64,000 bases of DNA from an uncultured Gemmatimonadales bacterium (GTDB lineage: Bacteria > Gemmatimonadota > Gemmatimonadetes > Longimicrobiales > RSA9): positions 448,001 to 512,000 of the forward strand of contig CAVUKA010000001.1 in the NCBI GenBank assembly GCA_963741945.1, given 5' to 3'. A program made the position numbers and the translations under genes. The notes under the pieces are model-generated. The model was given only the letters and a program-made list of their open reading frames with translations. It had not been told where the DNA came from and did not search any database. Shown piece after piece: positions 12,780 to 25,300 of the stretch (positions within the stretch are counted from its first letter, which is position 1; every line of letters starts with the position of its first letter).

Positions 12780-12786
12780 CGCGCCA

Positions 12787-13578
12787 TCACTCCGCGATCG
12801 CCCGTGTGCCCGCCACGCCGATGAGGGCCGCGCGCAGCCGCTCGGGTGAAACATTGCGCTCCAGTCGGCCTCGCTGGGCCATGGAAACCTGCAATGTCTC
12901 CTCGCTCACCACCACCACCAGGGCATCCGTTTCCTCGGAGAGACCGATGGCCGCGCGGTGGCGGGTGCCCAGGCTCTTGTCGGCCACGGGGAACTGCGTG
13001 AGCGGGAGGATCACGCCGGCGGCGATGATCGTGTCGCCGCTGACCAGCAGCGCGCCATCGTGGAGCGGACCGTAGGGGGCGAAGATGCTGACGATGATGT
13101 CGGAGGAGACGCGCGCCTGGATGCGGGTGCCGGTGTCGGCGTACTCGTCGAGGCCGACGTCGCGCTGGATGGCGATGATGCCGCCGATCTTGGCGCGGGA
13201 GAGCCGCTCGACTCCCTCCACGAGCTCCTCGACCACCGCGCTCTCCTCCATCTTGTTGAAGAGGCGGAGCATGCGGCTCTGGCCGAGCCGCGCGAGCGCG
13301 CTGCGGAGCTCGGGCTGGAACACGATGAGTGCGGCGATCACCCCGTACTGGAACGCCACCTCGAGGATCCGGTTGATCAGGTCCAGGCCGAGGAACCGGG
13401 AGGCGAAGAAGATGGCGGCGAGGAGGAGGAGCCCGAACAGCATCTGCATGGCCCGGGTGCGCGCCAGCAGCCGGAGGATGTAGTAGATGCCGATGGCGAC
13501 GATGACGATCTGGATCGCGTCCGCGGCACGCGGGAGCAGGAACCCATAGCGTGCAATCGCGTCGAACCAGCCGCTCAT
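12787..13578 (-). CDS. cdaA: Diadenylate cyclase CdaA/DacA
   Basis: Three N-terminal TMs, IVFQPELR, catalytic HDGA and GTRHRAA motifs. Confidence 0.92.
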   Translation of the reverse strand: MSGWFDAIARYGFLLPRAADAIQIVIVAIGIYYILRLLARTRAMQMLFGLLLLAAIFFASRFLGLDLINRILEVAFQYGVIAALIVFQPELRSALARLGQSRMLRLFNKMEESAVVEELVEGVERLSRAKIGGIIAIQRDVGLDEYADTGTRIQARVSSDIIVSIFAPYGPLHDGALLVSGDTIIAAGVILPLTQFPVADKSLGTRHRAAIGLSEETDALVVVVSEETLQVSMAQRGRLERNVSPERLRAALIGVAGTRAIAE

Positions 13579-14504
13579 GGGGTCACCGCCTCCGCCACGG
13601 CCAGGGCGCGGCGCACCGGCGCAACATCGTGGACGCGAAAAATGCGGGCGCCGCCGATCCACGCGACGACGCAGGCGGCGACAGTCCCCGGCACCCGCTC
13701 CTCGACGGGCAGCCCGCCGGCCAGCTCGCCCACGAAGCGCTTGCGCGATGGGCCGACGAGGAGCGGGAACCCGAGCGTCGCCAGGCGGGGAAGCCCACGC
13801 AGGACGGCCACGGTGTGCTCCGTGCGCTTGGCGAAGCCCAGCCCCGGGTCGAGCACGATGGCTTCCCCGGCGATGCCGGCGCCGACGGCATGGCGGACCG
13901 CGGCCCTGAGCTCCAGCGCCACGTCGTCCGTCGGGTCGGGGCCGTACTCCGCCAGGTGGTAGCGAGCCATGTCGGCCACGCCGCCGCGCGAGTGCATGAG
14001 TACCACGCCCGCGCGCGCCTCCGCGCACGTGACGGCCATGGCCGGGTCGAGGCGCAGCGCGGAGACATCGTTGACGATGGCGGCGCCAGCATCGAGGGCG
14101 GCCCGGGCCACCTCGGCCTTCACGGTGTCGATGGAGACGGGGACGTCCGGATGCTCCCGCACCAGCACGTCGATCACGGGCAGGGTGCGCGCGCGCTCCT
14201 CGTGCGCGGACACCGGCACCGCCCCGGGGCGCGTGGACTCGCCGCCGACGTCCAGGATGTCGGCCCCCTCCTCGATCATGCGCTCCGCCCGGCGCAGGGC
14301 GTCACCGGGAGAGCGAGAGCGGCCGCCGCCCCAGAAGGAGTCGGGGGTGAGATTCAGGATCCCCATGACGCGGGGCCGGTCCAGCGGGATGGCGCGGTCG
14401 GCCAGGCGCCAGATGGACGAGCGGCGACCGGCTCCGGATGCGGAAACGGCCCCCGCTGACCCTCCGAGGAGCTCGACATCGGTCCCTGCGGCGTCGCTCC
14501 CCAT
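13575..14504 (-). CDS. folP: Dihydropteroate synthase
   Basis: MGILNLTPDSF, DVGGESTRPG, DPGLGF, SRKRF, RVHDV; start uncertain. Confidence 0.95.
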   Translation of the reverse strand: MGSDAAGTDVELLGGSAGAVSASGAGRRSSIWRLADRAIPLDRPRVMGILNLTPDSFWGGGRSRSPGDALRRAERMIEEGADILDVGGESTRPGAVPVSAHEERARTLPVIDVLVREHPDVPVSIDTVKAEVARAALDAGAAIVNDVSALRLDPAMAVTCAEARAGVVLMHSRGGVADMARYHLAEYGPDPTDDVALELRAAVRHAVGAGIAGEAIVLDPGLGFAKRTEHTVAVLRGLPRLATLGFPLLVGPSRKRFVGELAGGLPVEERVPGTVAACVVAWIGGARIFRVHDVAPVRRALAVAEAVTP

Positions 14505-14511
14505 GCTTGCC

Positions 14512-16584
<2,073 letters not shown>

Positions 16585-16593
16585 CGACTCCTG

Positions 16594-17143
<550 letters not shown>

Positions 17144-17160
<17 letters not shown>

Positions 17161-18514
17161 CCTCCACCACGATCTCGAGTCCACCCTCGCCGCCGGCGAC
17201 ATCGCTCGCGCGCGCGACACCGACCACCCAGAGCACCGTCCCGCTCGCATCCACGAGCACCGGTGCGCGCTGACGCTCGCGGCAGTCGAGGCGATGCTCG
17301 CCGAACAGCTTCTTCAGCTTCTTACTGCCGTACTGCAATCGAATCCGATCCCCGGTCCGCCAGCCGCGCAGCGAGAGCGGGAATCGCGACGCGGTGATCG
17401 TGGCCTGCCGATCGTCGCCCGCGGGCGGCCGGTCCGGCATCGCAGCAGCGGGCGACCATCGGACGGCCAGGGTCCGTCCACCCACCACGGCCCGTCCTTC
17501 TCCCGGCCCGCGGTCTGCGATCTCCAGCGGCCGATCCTCCACTGCGCCCCGCGAGACCCTGCGGACGACGATCCGGTCGAACGCCCGCTCCAGCCTCGCG
17601 TCCGCGGACAGGTCCACGCCGTGGCCACTGCGACCGGTCATGATAAACTCCAACGCCGCCTGGGTTCCTGCCCGACCGGGCGTGGTCCCAAAGCGGCGGA
17701 GCAGATCGCGGAGCATCCGGGCCCGCAGGTGCGGATGATAGGCGCGGAGAACATCACGGGCAAGCACGAGCGCCTCGTCATCCCGGGCAAGGACGACGTC
17801 CCTTTCGAGCCGCCCGAGGGCGTGCTCCCACGCGGCCTCGTCGCGGCGCGCCGAAGCGGCCAGCGCGGCCAGCGCCCGGGCGGCATCCGGGCGCGCGCGC
17901 TCGAGCGCCGGAAGCACGGAATGGCGGATCCGATTGCGGGCGAACGAGAGGTCGAAGTTGGTGGGGTCGTCGCGCCAGCGCAGGCCGGCGTCGCGGGCGT
18001 AGCGCGTCAGCTCGGCGCGCGTGAACGGCAGGAGCGGCCGCACGAGCCGGCCACGGCGGGGCGCGATGCCACGCAGCCCCGGGGTCCCGGTGCCGCGGGT
18101 GATGCGGAAGAGGACCGTCTCGGCCTGGTCGTCCAGGTGGTGGGCGGTGGCGATGCGCGCCCCTGGCGGGGCCGCGCGATCGAGGAACGCGTAACGGACA
18201 CTGCGGGCGTCCGCTTCGGACGCGGGTGGCGGGTCCGCGCGCTGGCACACGAGGGGGATCCCCCACGCGATGCAGAGACCCCGGACCCAGAGCGCGTCGT
18301 GCGCGCTGCGGGGGCGCATGGCGTGGTCCAGGTGGGCGGCGGAGAGGTCGAGGGCGAGATCGGCGAGCGGGAAGCGGAGCAGGTGGAGCAGGGCCACGGA
18401 GTCGAGGCCGCCGGAGAGGGCCACGGCCACGGCGTCGCCCGGTCGGACCAGCCCGGAGGCGGCGAGGTGGCGGCGCAGTCGCGGCGGGAGCGGCGAGTCC
18501 TGCGCCCGGGCCAC
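17144..18514 (-). CDS. tilS: tRNA(Ile)-lysidine synthetase
   Basis: PP-loop SGGLDS, TAHHLDDQAET, RNRIRH; tilS-hpt-ftsH synteny. Confidence 0.93.
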
Positions 18515-18515
18515 G

Positions 18516-19337
18516 TCAGGGACGGGAGCGGTGCAGTGGCGGCTCGACGCGCTCATCGAAGACGCGGCGGCCGAGGTCGGGGCGATCCGTGATGATGCCG
18601 TCGACGCCCCAGTCCAGGAGGCGGGCCATGTCGGCCGGGTCGTCGACGGTCCACACGTGGACCGGGACACCGTGGCGTGCGGCATCCTGCACGAACCGGG
18701 GCGTGACCACGCGCAGCGGGCCGTGCGTCTCGGGCACCTGGAAGACCTCGCACGTGGGGCGCCAGAGCCTTGCCAGGCGGATCCGGTGCAGGATCATGAA
18801 CGCGCGCGCGTCGCTCGTGGAACCGCTGCGCGCGCCGGTGAAGTCGCCGAACAGCGTCCGCTCCCCGTCCTCCATGCCGGCTGCGACCACGCGGTCCGTG
18901 GCGCCCATCCGGCGAATGGTTTCGAACATGGGCGCCTGGGCGGCGCACGCTTTCACTTCCAGGGTGAAGCGGGTGTCGGGAAAGCTTTCGAGCGCCTCGG
19001 CGAGCGTGGCGATGCCGATCCCCTGCCCCTGGAACGGGTGCGCGCCACGGGCGTCCGTGAAGCGGTAGCCGAAATCGAGATCCCGAAGCTGTTCGAGCGT
19101 CATGTCGGCCACGGGCCCCGTGCCATCGCTGGTGCGGTCCACGGTGGGGTCGTGGATGATCACGCACTCGCCATCGGCGCTGGCGTGAACATCCGTCTCG
19201 ATCATGTCCACGCTCCACTGCTCCACCGCCTCGAGGAAGGAAGCGAGCGTGTTCTCCGGGGCGAGACCGGCGGCGCCCCGGTGTCCAACGAGGAGCGGTC
19301 CGCCGGCGAGCGCCGCGTATCCACGCCCGGGGCTCAT
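18516..19337 (-). CDS. Glycerophosphodiester phosphodiesterase
   Basis: HRGA..APENT, ETDVH, HDPTVDRT, WTVDD, GVDGIITD. Confidence 0.9.
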   Translation of the reverse strand: MSPGRGYAALAGGPLLVGHRGAAGLAPENTLASFLEAVEQWSVDMIETDVHASADGECVIIHDPTVDRTSDGTGPVADMTLEQLRDLDFGYRFTDARGAHPFQGQGIGIATLAEALESFPDTRFTLEVKACAAQAPMFETIRRMGATDRVVAAGMEDGERTLFGDFTGARSGSTSDARAFMILHRIRLARLWRPTCEVFQVPETHGPLRVVTPRFVQDAARHGVPVHVWTVDDPADMARLLDWGVDGIITDRPDLGRRVFDERVEPPLHRSRP

Positions 19338-19867
19338 CCCCGGTCCCGGTTCCGGGACGGCCCCTGCCGCTCGAGCCGCTCGACCTCCTCCACGTCGATG
19401 CCATGCTGGCGGTAGAGGACGAGGTCGATGAGCCGGGTGGCGACCTGCCGCTCCATGGCCGCGTCCGGGTCGCTGTCCGGGTCGACCTCGCAGCAGCGAA
19501 CGGCCAGGAAGATGAGGATGTCCTCCACCACTTCCGGGCGAGGGTGCGCGGGGGCGCCGGAATCGGGCCTGACCTCGCGAAGCAGGAGCCCCTCGATGAA
19601 CGCGAGGAAGCCGGGGAAGGTGAACTCGACGAGCCCGCTGTCCGCGAGCCCCTCCTCCTCCGTCACCTGCTCCCACGAGAGCTCGTTCCAGAACAGCTCC
19701 TCCGCTTCCTCGAGGAGGAACCGCCTGCGGTCTTCGGGGAGCCCGCCGGACGGCGCGGGGGTGTGGAGCGGCCGCTGCAGCAGCCGCGCGAGGCGCTGTC
19801 GTCGCCGGCTGAGATACTCACGCCCCCGCTCGAGGGCGGCGCGGGAAGGCTGTTCCATGAGGCTCAC
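19334..19867 (-). CDS. Hypothetical acidic protein
   Basis: 177 aa ORF coupled to GDPD by ATGA overlap; promoter upstream; natural-looking composition. Confidence 0.7.
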   Translation of the reverse strand: MSLMEQPSRAALERGREYLSRRRQRLARLLQRPLHTPAPSGGLPEDRRRFLLEEAEELFWNELSWEQVTEEEGLADSGLVEFTFPGFLAFIEGLLLREVRPDSGAPAHPRPEVVEDILIFLAVRCCEVDPDSDPDAAMERQVATRLIDLVLYRQHGIDVEEVERLERQGPSRNRDRG

Positions 19868-19891
19868 TGATGCGGGTCACGTTCCGGGGAT

Positions 19892-19920
19892 AGGATAGGC
19901 GGCTGTCGCCCCCGGGGCAA
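19892..19920 (-). promoter_or_regulatory. sigma70-type promoter of the hypothetical-GDPD-tilS-hpt-ftsH operon
   Basis: TTGCCC-17 nt-TATCCT. Confidence 0.5.
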
Positions 19921-19963
19921 AGAGGGTGGGGTCGCGGGCTCGGCGGCCTCGCGGCGGGCGGGG

Positions 19964-20656
19964 TCAGCCGCCGAAGATGTCGTCGGCCAGGGCCTGGCGG
20001 GTGGCGGCGTTGTCCACGGTGGCCGCGGGGTCGAAGGCGCCGACCGGGAACGCGGGCGGGTCGCCATCCTCGTCCGGACCGATGAGGACGGATTCGGCGA
20101 AGAGCCGCGTGACTCGCCGCAGCTGCCCCTCCATCTCGGCAATGATGGTGGACGCGTGGTCGAGCTGCTGGGAGATGATGTCCTGGAACTGGAGCGCGGT
20201 GACGAGGGCGTGCAGCTCGTCGCGGAGCGCGTCGAACGCGGCCGCGTCTCCCGGCTCCTGCTGGACGCGGTCGACAATGGCCAGCGCCCGGTCGACGCCG
20301 TCGAGCATGTTGACGGCCGCGAACTCCGTGGTGGAGCTTACCTCGAGCAGCTTGGCGTTCGTGTTCTCGAGGTTGGTGAGGGTGGCCTCCTCCAGCAGAC
20401 CGCGGCTGCGACGGACGTTGTACAGGATCCGCTGCAGCTCCGCATACATGCGCAGCAGGAGCGTGTCCACGCCGCGGCTGCCCGCGCGACGGTCGGCGAG
20501 CTGCTCGATCAGCCCCAGCACGCCGGCGTTGACGCCATCGTCGCCGTCCTGCTCGATGGCGAGGTCTTCCACCAGGTCATCCACGAGGCGCAGCGTCACC
20601 TCGGAATCCTGAAGGAGCTCGCGTGAGAGTCCGGCCACGTTGCCTCCATCGCTCAC
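19964..20656 (-). CDS. cheZ: CheZ-like CheY-P phosphatase
   Basis: KLLEVSSTTEFAA, ALQFQDIISQQL (DxxxQ), C-terminal QALADDIF helix; coupled to cheY. Confidence 0.75.
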   Translation of the reverse strand: MSDGGNVAGLSRELLQDSEVTLRLVDDLVEDLAIEQDGDDGVNAGVLGLIEQLADRRAGSRGVDTLLLRMYAELQRILYNVRRSRGLLEEATLTNLENTNAKLLEVSSTTEFAAVNMLDGVDRALAIVDRVQQEPGDAAAFDALRDELHALVTALQFQDIISQQLDHASTIIAEMEGQLRRVTRLFAESVLIGPDEDGDPPAFPVGAFDPAATVDNAATRQALADDIFGG

Positions 20657-21033
20657 GCGGCCGCTCCGCTCAGCGCGCCCAGGACCTGGTCGATCTTCTG
20701 CTTCAGGACCTCGGGCGTGAACGGCTTGACCACGTAGTTGTTCACCCCGGCCTGCGCCGCGGCGACGATGTCCTCCCGGATGCTCCGGGTGGTGACCATC
20801 AGGATCGGGACGGCGGCACCGTCCGGTCGGGCGCGGAGCGCCTTCACCAGGTCCAGGCCGCCCATGTTGGGCATGTTCCAGTCGGTGATGACGAAGTCGA
20901 TGGAGGCATCGAACGCCTGGAGCGCCTCGACGCCGTCCCCGGCCTCCGCGAACTGGCCATAGCCGATCCGCCCGAGGGAGTTGGCCACGATGCGCCGCAT
21001 GGTGGCCGAGTCGTCGACAATCAGGAACTTCAT
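20653..21033 (-). CDS. cheY: Chemotaxis response regulator CheY
   Basis: LIVDDSATMRRI, TDWNMPNM, YVVKPFT; single domain. Confidence 0.9.
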   Translation of the reverse strand: MKFLIVDDSATMRRIVANSLGRIGYGQFAEAGDGVEALQAFDASIDFVITDWNMPNMGGLDLVKALRARPDGAAVPILMVTTRSIREDIVAAAQAGVNNYVVKPFTPEVLKQKIDQVLGALSGAAA

Positions 21034-21049
21034 GGATCTCGTCTCCGCG

Positions 21050-21346
21050 TCAGACGTCGCCGCGCCGGAGCATGCGGCGGGCCACCGTGTCCAGGACCTC
21101 GGGCGCGTCGTAGGAGCCGTCGGCGATGCGCTGGCGGATCCGGGCGACGCGCTCCGGATCGAGACCGGGCACCTGGTCCAGGTGCGCCACGGCCTGCCGT
21201 CCCTCCTGCGAGATCTCGACGCGGTCGGCACGTGGCCGGGCGGTGGTGCCCGGAGCATCCTCGCCCACCTTCTCCGGCGGCGCGGGGCGCTCGGCCGGCT
21301 CGGCGCGGTCGAGGCGAATCGATGGCTTGTCTATGGGTCCGATCAT
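21050..21346 (-). CDS. flgM: Anti-sigma28 factor FlgM
   Basis: DRVEISQEGR, ERVARIRQRIADGSY. Confidence 0.85.
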   Translation of the reverse strand: MIGPIDKPSIRLDRAEPAERPAPPEKVGEDAPGTTARPRADRVEISQEGRQAVAHLDQVPGLDPERVARIRQRIADGSYDAPEVLDTVARRMLRRGDV

Positions 21347-21371
21347 GGCTCTCTCCTGCTGGTTGCCGGGG

Positions 21372-21398
21372 TTATCGGCAGCCCCGCCGAATACTTTA
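21372..21398 (-). promoter_or_regulatory. sigma28 promoter of flgM-cheY-cheZ
   Basis: TAAA-15 nt-GCCGATAA, perfect consensus. Confidence 0.85.
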
Positions 21399-21407
21399 GC
21401 CTGCGCA

Positions 21408-21872
21408 TCAGAGCTTCACGTCCAGGTGAGCGGCATCCTCCCCGCCCGTCAGGGCATACGTGTCCCTGGCCGCCTTCCTGCTCTCGAGCCCGCGGAGCGC
21501 ACGGCCGGTGTCGTCGCGCAAGTGCGCGAGCCGGCTGAGCAGGGCCTGGTCGGTGCGCCAGCACTCGGCCAGGCGCGCCCGCATGCGCGCTACCACATCG
21601 TCCAGCTCGGGGTCGCCGGCGGGCGGGACGGCGAGGCCGTCGATCTCGCGGGCGACTGCCGTCCGCTCCTGGGCGAGGGCGTGGAACCGATCCAGGTCCG
21701 GCGCCTCCTCGTCCAGCGCGCTCAGCTGATCGACCAGGATGCGCGCGTAGCGGCCGCAGGCGTCGAGACGCCGGGCTGCCACATCGCGGGCGTCCGGTCG
21801 CGCCGCACCGGCCGGAGCGGACGAAGCATCGGCACGGCTTCCCGAGCGCCCGTTCTGCGCGCCGTGGATCAT
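21408..21872 (-). CDS. Putative FliT-like flagellar chaperone
   Basis: Helical protein coupled downstream of fliS (fliD-fliS-fliT position), ends Y...HLDVKL. Confidence 0.55.
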   Translation of the reverse strand: MIHGAQNGRSGSRADASSAPAGAARPDARDVAARRLDACGRYARILVDQLSALDEEAPDLDRFHALAQERTAVAREIDGLAVPPAGDPELDDVVARMRARLAECWRTDQALLSRLAHLRDDTGRALRGLESRKAARDTYALTGGEDAAHLDVKL

Positions 21873-22261
21873 GCCTTTCCCCGCTCCGAGAGGACCTGGC
21901 GCGCCGCCTGGTCCCACGCCTCGTGGAGGCCCTCGACCATCGCGATCAGCCCGTCCAGGCGCGCGCGGTCGAGCGTGCGACCGATGTCGGCGATCTCCCG
22001 GGCGAAGAAGCCGTACAATCCCGCCAGCCGCGACGCCAGCTCGCCGCCCGCATCGAAATCGAGCGACCCGAGCAGCTCGTAGACGATGGCGCTGGCTTTC
22101 TGCAGGCTATCGCTCTTTCCCTCGATGTCGCTGGCATCGACCTGCTTGCGCGCGCGTGCGAGGTTCTTGAGCAGCCCTTCATAGAGGAGGGGCACGAGCC
22201 GCTCCTGCGGGGCCGAGAGGACCCCGTTCTCCTGGTACGCCGACCGGCGACCTGTGTACAT
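21869..22261 (-). CDS. fliS: Flagellin chaperone FliS
   Basis: AYQEN.VLSAPQERLVPLLYEG, ELLGSLDFDAGGELASRL.GLY, L.EAW. Confidence 0.93.
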   Translation of the reverse strand: MYTGRRSAYQENGVLSAPQERLVPLLYEGLLKNLARARKQVDASDIEGKSDSLQKASAIVYELLGSLDFDAGGELASRLAGLYGFFAREIADIGRTLDRARLDGLIAMVEGLHEAWDQAARQVLSERGKA

Positions 22262-22296
22262 GCTCCGCTCCGCTCCGAAGTCGCGCCTTCAGGTGG

Positions 22297-22323
22297 TTAT
22301 CGTCACGACCCCTGATTACTTGA
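22297..22323 (-). promoter_or_regulatory. Internal sigma28 promoter for fliS within the 3' end of fliD
   Basis: TCAA-15 nt-GACGATAA overlapping the fliD stop codon. Confidence 0.55.
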
Positions 22324-25300
22324 GAGGCGGGTGATCTGCCCCGCCAGCCAGGAGGACTGCGACTGGGCGAGGGCGAGGGCCTGCTCCATGGCCGTGAAGC
22401 GCCGGACGAGGTCCTGACGGCGCCGCTCGAGCCGGGCATCCATGTCGTCGATGCGGTCGCTCATGCGCGTCACGTTCTCGTCCAGCCGATCGATGATGGA
22501 CTGGATCGAGCCATCACCGGTGTCCAGCAGCGACGAGAGCGCGCGGTCCAGGGTGGACGCCACGCCGCGGCTGAAGGTGATCGAGCCGCCAGCGAACGCA
22601 CCGTCCAGCTTCACCATGAGGCCGTCGGTGTCCGTTCCGGCCGCGCCCGTGAGCGTCCAGCCGGAGCCGGTGGCGACCACTCCGCCGATGGTGCCCACGA
22701 TGTCGGAGCCCCGCTGCTCGGTTGCGCTGGCGCCCAGGCCCAGCGCGCCCTCGTTGGTCGGGTCGGTGAGCGCGAAGCTGAAGCCCGCGTTGGAGCCGTA
22801 GGCGCCATGGGTCAGCACGAGGGCGCCGGTGGTCGGGTCGAGGGCGGCGGTGATGCCCGCGGCCGGCCGGCCTTCCGTCGCCACCGTGGTGCCAAGCTGG
22901 AGCGAGCCGCCGCCCGCGTTGTCCGAGCTGAGCGTCAGCTCCAGCAGGCTCGAGCCGGTGGCGCCGGCCGTGACCGCGAACTTCCCGCCGGCATCGATCT
23001 CCACGATGGCATCGCTGCCCACCAGGTTCTGCATGGTGTCGCGCAGCTCGCCCAGTGTCTGCGTGGCGGCATCGGCGATGGCGAGCGTCTGATAGAACGA
23101 CGCCCCGTCCGCGCGCCGGCCGCTGATGGTGATGCTGTCACCATCGTGCACGCCGGCGTCGGCGCCGCCCTGGAAGAGCTGGCCCCAGGTGGTGTCCGCG
23201 CTGGCGGGCGTCCCGCCGGCATCGGCGGCGAGGGGGGTGCTGGAGGTGATGGTGTGGACGCGCGCGGTCGCCAGCTCGGTCTGGAGCGCGCTCAGGAGCT
23301 GCGCCCCCGTCTCGCCGCTGACCAGGTCGATGCTGTAGTCCTTGCCGGAGCCGAGGTCCGTGATGGTCAGGGTGTCCGCCGTGCCGGTATAGCCGTTCGC
23401 GGCCAGGTCCACTGTTCCGGCGAGCGTGGCCACCGTGGCCGGCGCCGTCATGGCCACTGCGTACGTTCCGCTCGCGGTGGCCTCCCCGGCCGTGATGTAG
23501 CTCAGCCCCGCGCCCGTGGCGGCGCCATAGTCGCCGAAAAGGCGCGACAGGGCCTGGGGATCGGTCTCCAGCGCGCCGCGCAGCCTGGCCTCGTCGAACG
23601 CGAACGTCCCGTCCTTCTGCACGGCGATGCCGAGATCGCCGAGGCGGCTCCAGCTCCCGGCCACGCCCGTGTGAAGCACCGTCTGCATGGCCGAGAGCAG
23701 GCGCCCGCGCATGGAGCGGAGCGTGCTGTCCCCGGAGAGCGGCTTGTTCGACCCCTCGCCGCCGGTGAACTGGGCGGTCACGAACCCGGCGACGGCGTTG
23801 TAGCCGTCCACCATCGCTTTCACATCCTTCACCACTGCGTCAGCATCCCGGGAGACCGTTATGGTGCCGGCGCCGACGGAGGTGAGGCTGACGGAGACGC
23901 CCGGAATGGTGTCGGCCAGCCGGTTCGTGGCGCTGGTGGCGTACGCGCCGTCCACCACCACTTCGGCATCCTGACCGCTCACGATCTCGCGCGCGCGACC
24001 CACGGCCGTGGTGCCGAACGCGCCGAAGTCGAGCGCGCCGCCGCCCTCGTTGTGCGCCACGATGGAGAGCCCGAGCCGGCTGGCGCCCGTGGCCGCGTCC
24101 GTGACGACGATCCGCCCGCCCGCGACGTCGGCGGTGGCGGCGCCGTCGAACCCGCCCGCGCCGTTCAGCCGGGTCAGGACGTCGTCGAGCGTGGTCACGC
24201 CGGTGTAGCCCGCGCGGGTGGGCGCGCCGCCGCTCGCCACCACCTCGAGGTCGAGCGTGAACGCGCTCCCGTCGGGCTTCGTGCCCGCGACCGTGAACGT
24301 GTCGCCGGGCTGCGTGGCAGTGGCGCTCCCTCCGATGAAGAGGGCGGTGAGGTCCGTGCCCGCCGTGGCGGCCGCGCCCCCGCTGACCGCGAGCGCCGCT
24401 CCGGACGTGACCGTCTGCGCAACGGCGCCGCGGCCGCCCTCCAGCACGCCCAGCGCCCGCAGCGCCACGCCACCCCCCACGTCCGCGAAGTCCGTGGTGC
24501 CCTCGAGGTCGAGGCGGTACACAGTCTCGCCATCCACGGTGTCGCTCACCACGGCGGCCACGTCGCGGCCCACGCCGGCGTTGATGTCCGCCGCCAGCTG
24601 GTCGAGGCCCGCGGACAGGTCGAGGGTGAACGTCTGCCCGGCGATGGTCACGTCCGACGACGCGCCGCCCGTCATCCCCAGGAGCGTGGCCACGCCCGTG
24701 GAGCGGGTGGCGAAGTCGTCGCTCGTGGCCCCGGCCGTCGTCGCATGCTTGATGGACGCGCTGCCATCGGTGAAGCCGAGGAAGTCGAGCGGCCCGGGGT
24801 AGCCGTCCACCAGGTCGATCCCCTCCGCGCCCGTCCGCTGGCTGGTCAGCACCAGCTGGTAGCCGGCGCCCGAGCGCACCACCGAGGCGGACACGTGCGT
24901 GGCGCCCGTCCCGGTGTTCGCCGCGTTGATGCTGTACGCGACGTCGGAAAGGCCGTCCGACGCGTCCACGGCCACGCGCACGCCGTTGATCCAGAACTCG
25001 CCCGTCTTCCCCAGCGCGGCGGTGGAGTCGGCGAAGACGTCGCTGCCCAGCTTCTCCGCCGTGGCCAGCCGCCGGACATCGATGGCGTACGAGCCGGGCG
25101 ATGCCTCGGAGCTCGCGGACGCGGTGAAGCCGCTGCCGCTCACGGCCGTCGAGAAGACGTCGAGCGCGGTGTCCTCCGCCAGCGCCGCGGCGGCCTTCTG
25201 GAACGTGCCGAGCTTCGTCCTGAAATCCAGCCACGCGGCCGAGCGCGTCTGCGTGGCGGTGATGCGCTGCTGCAGGATCTGCTGCGGCCGGGACTCGACC

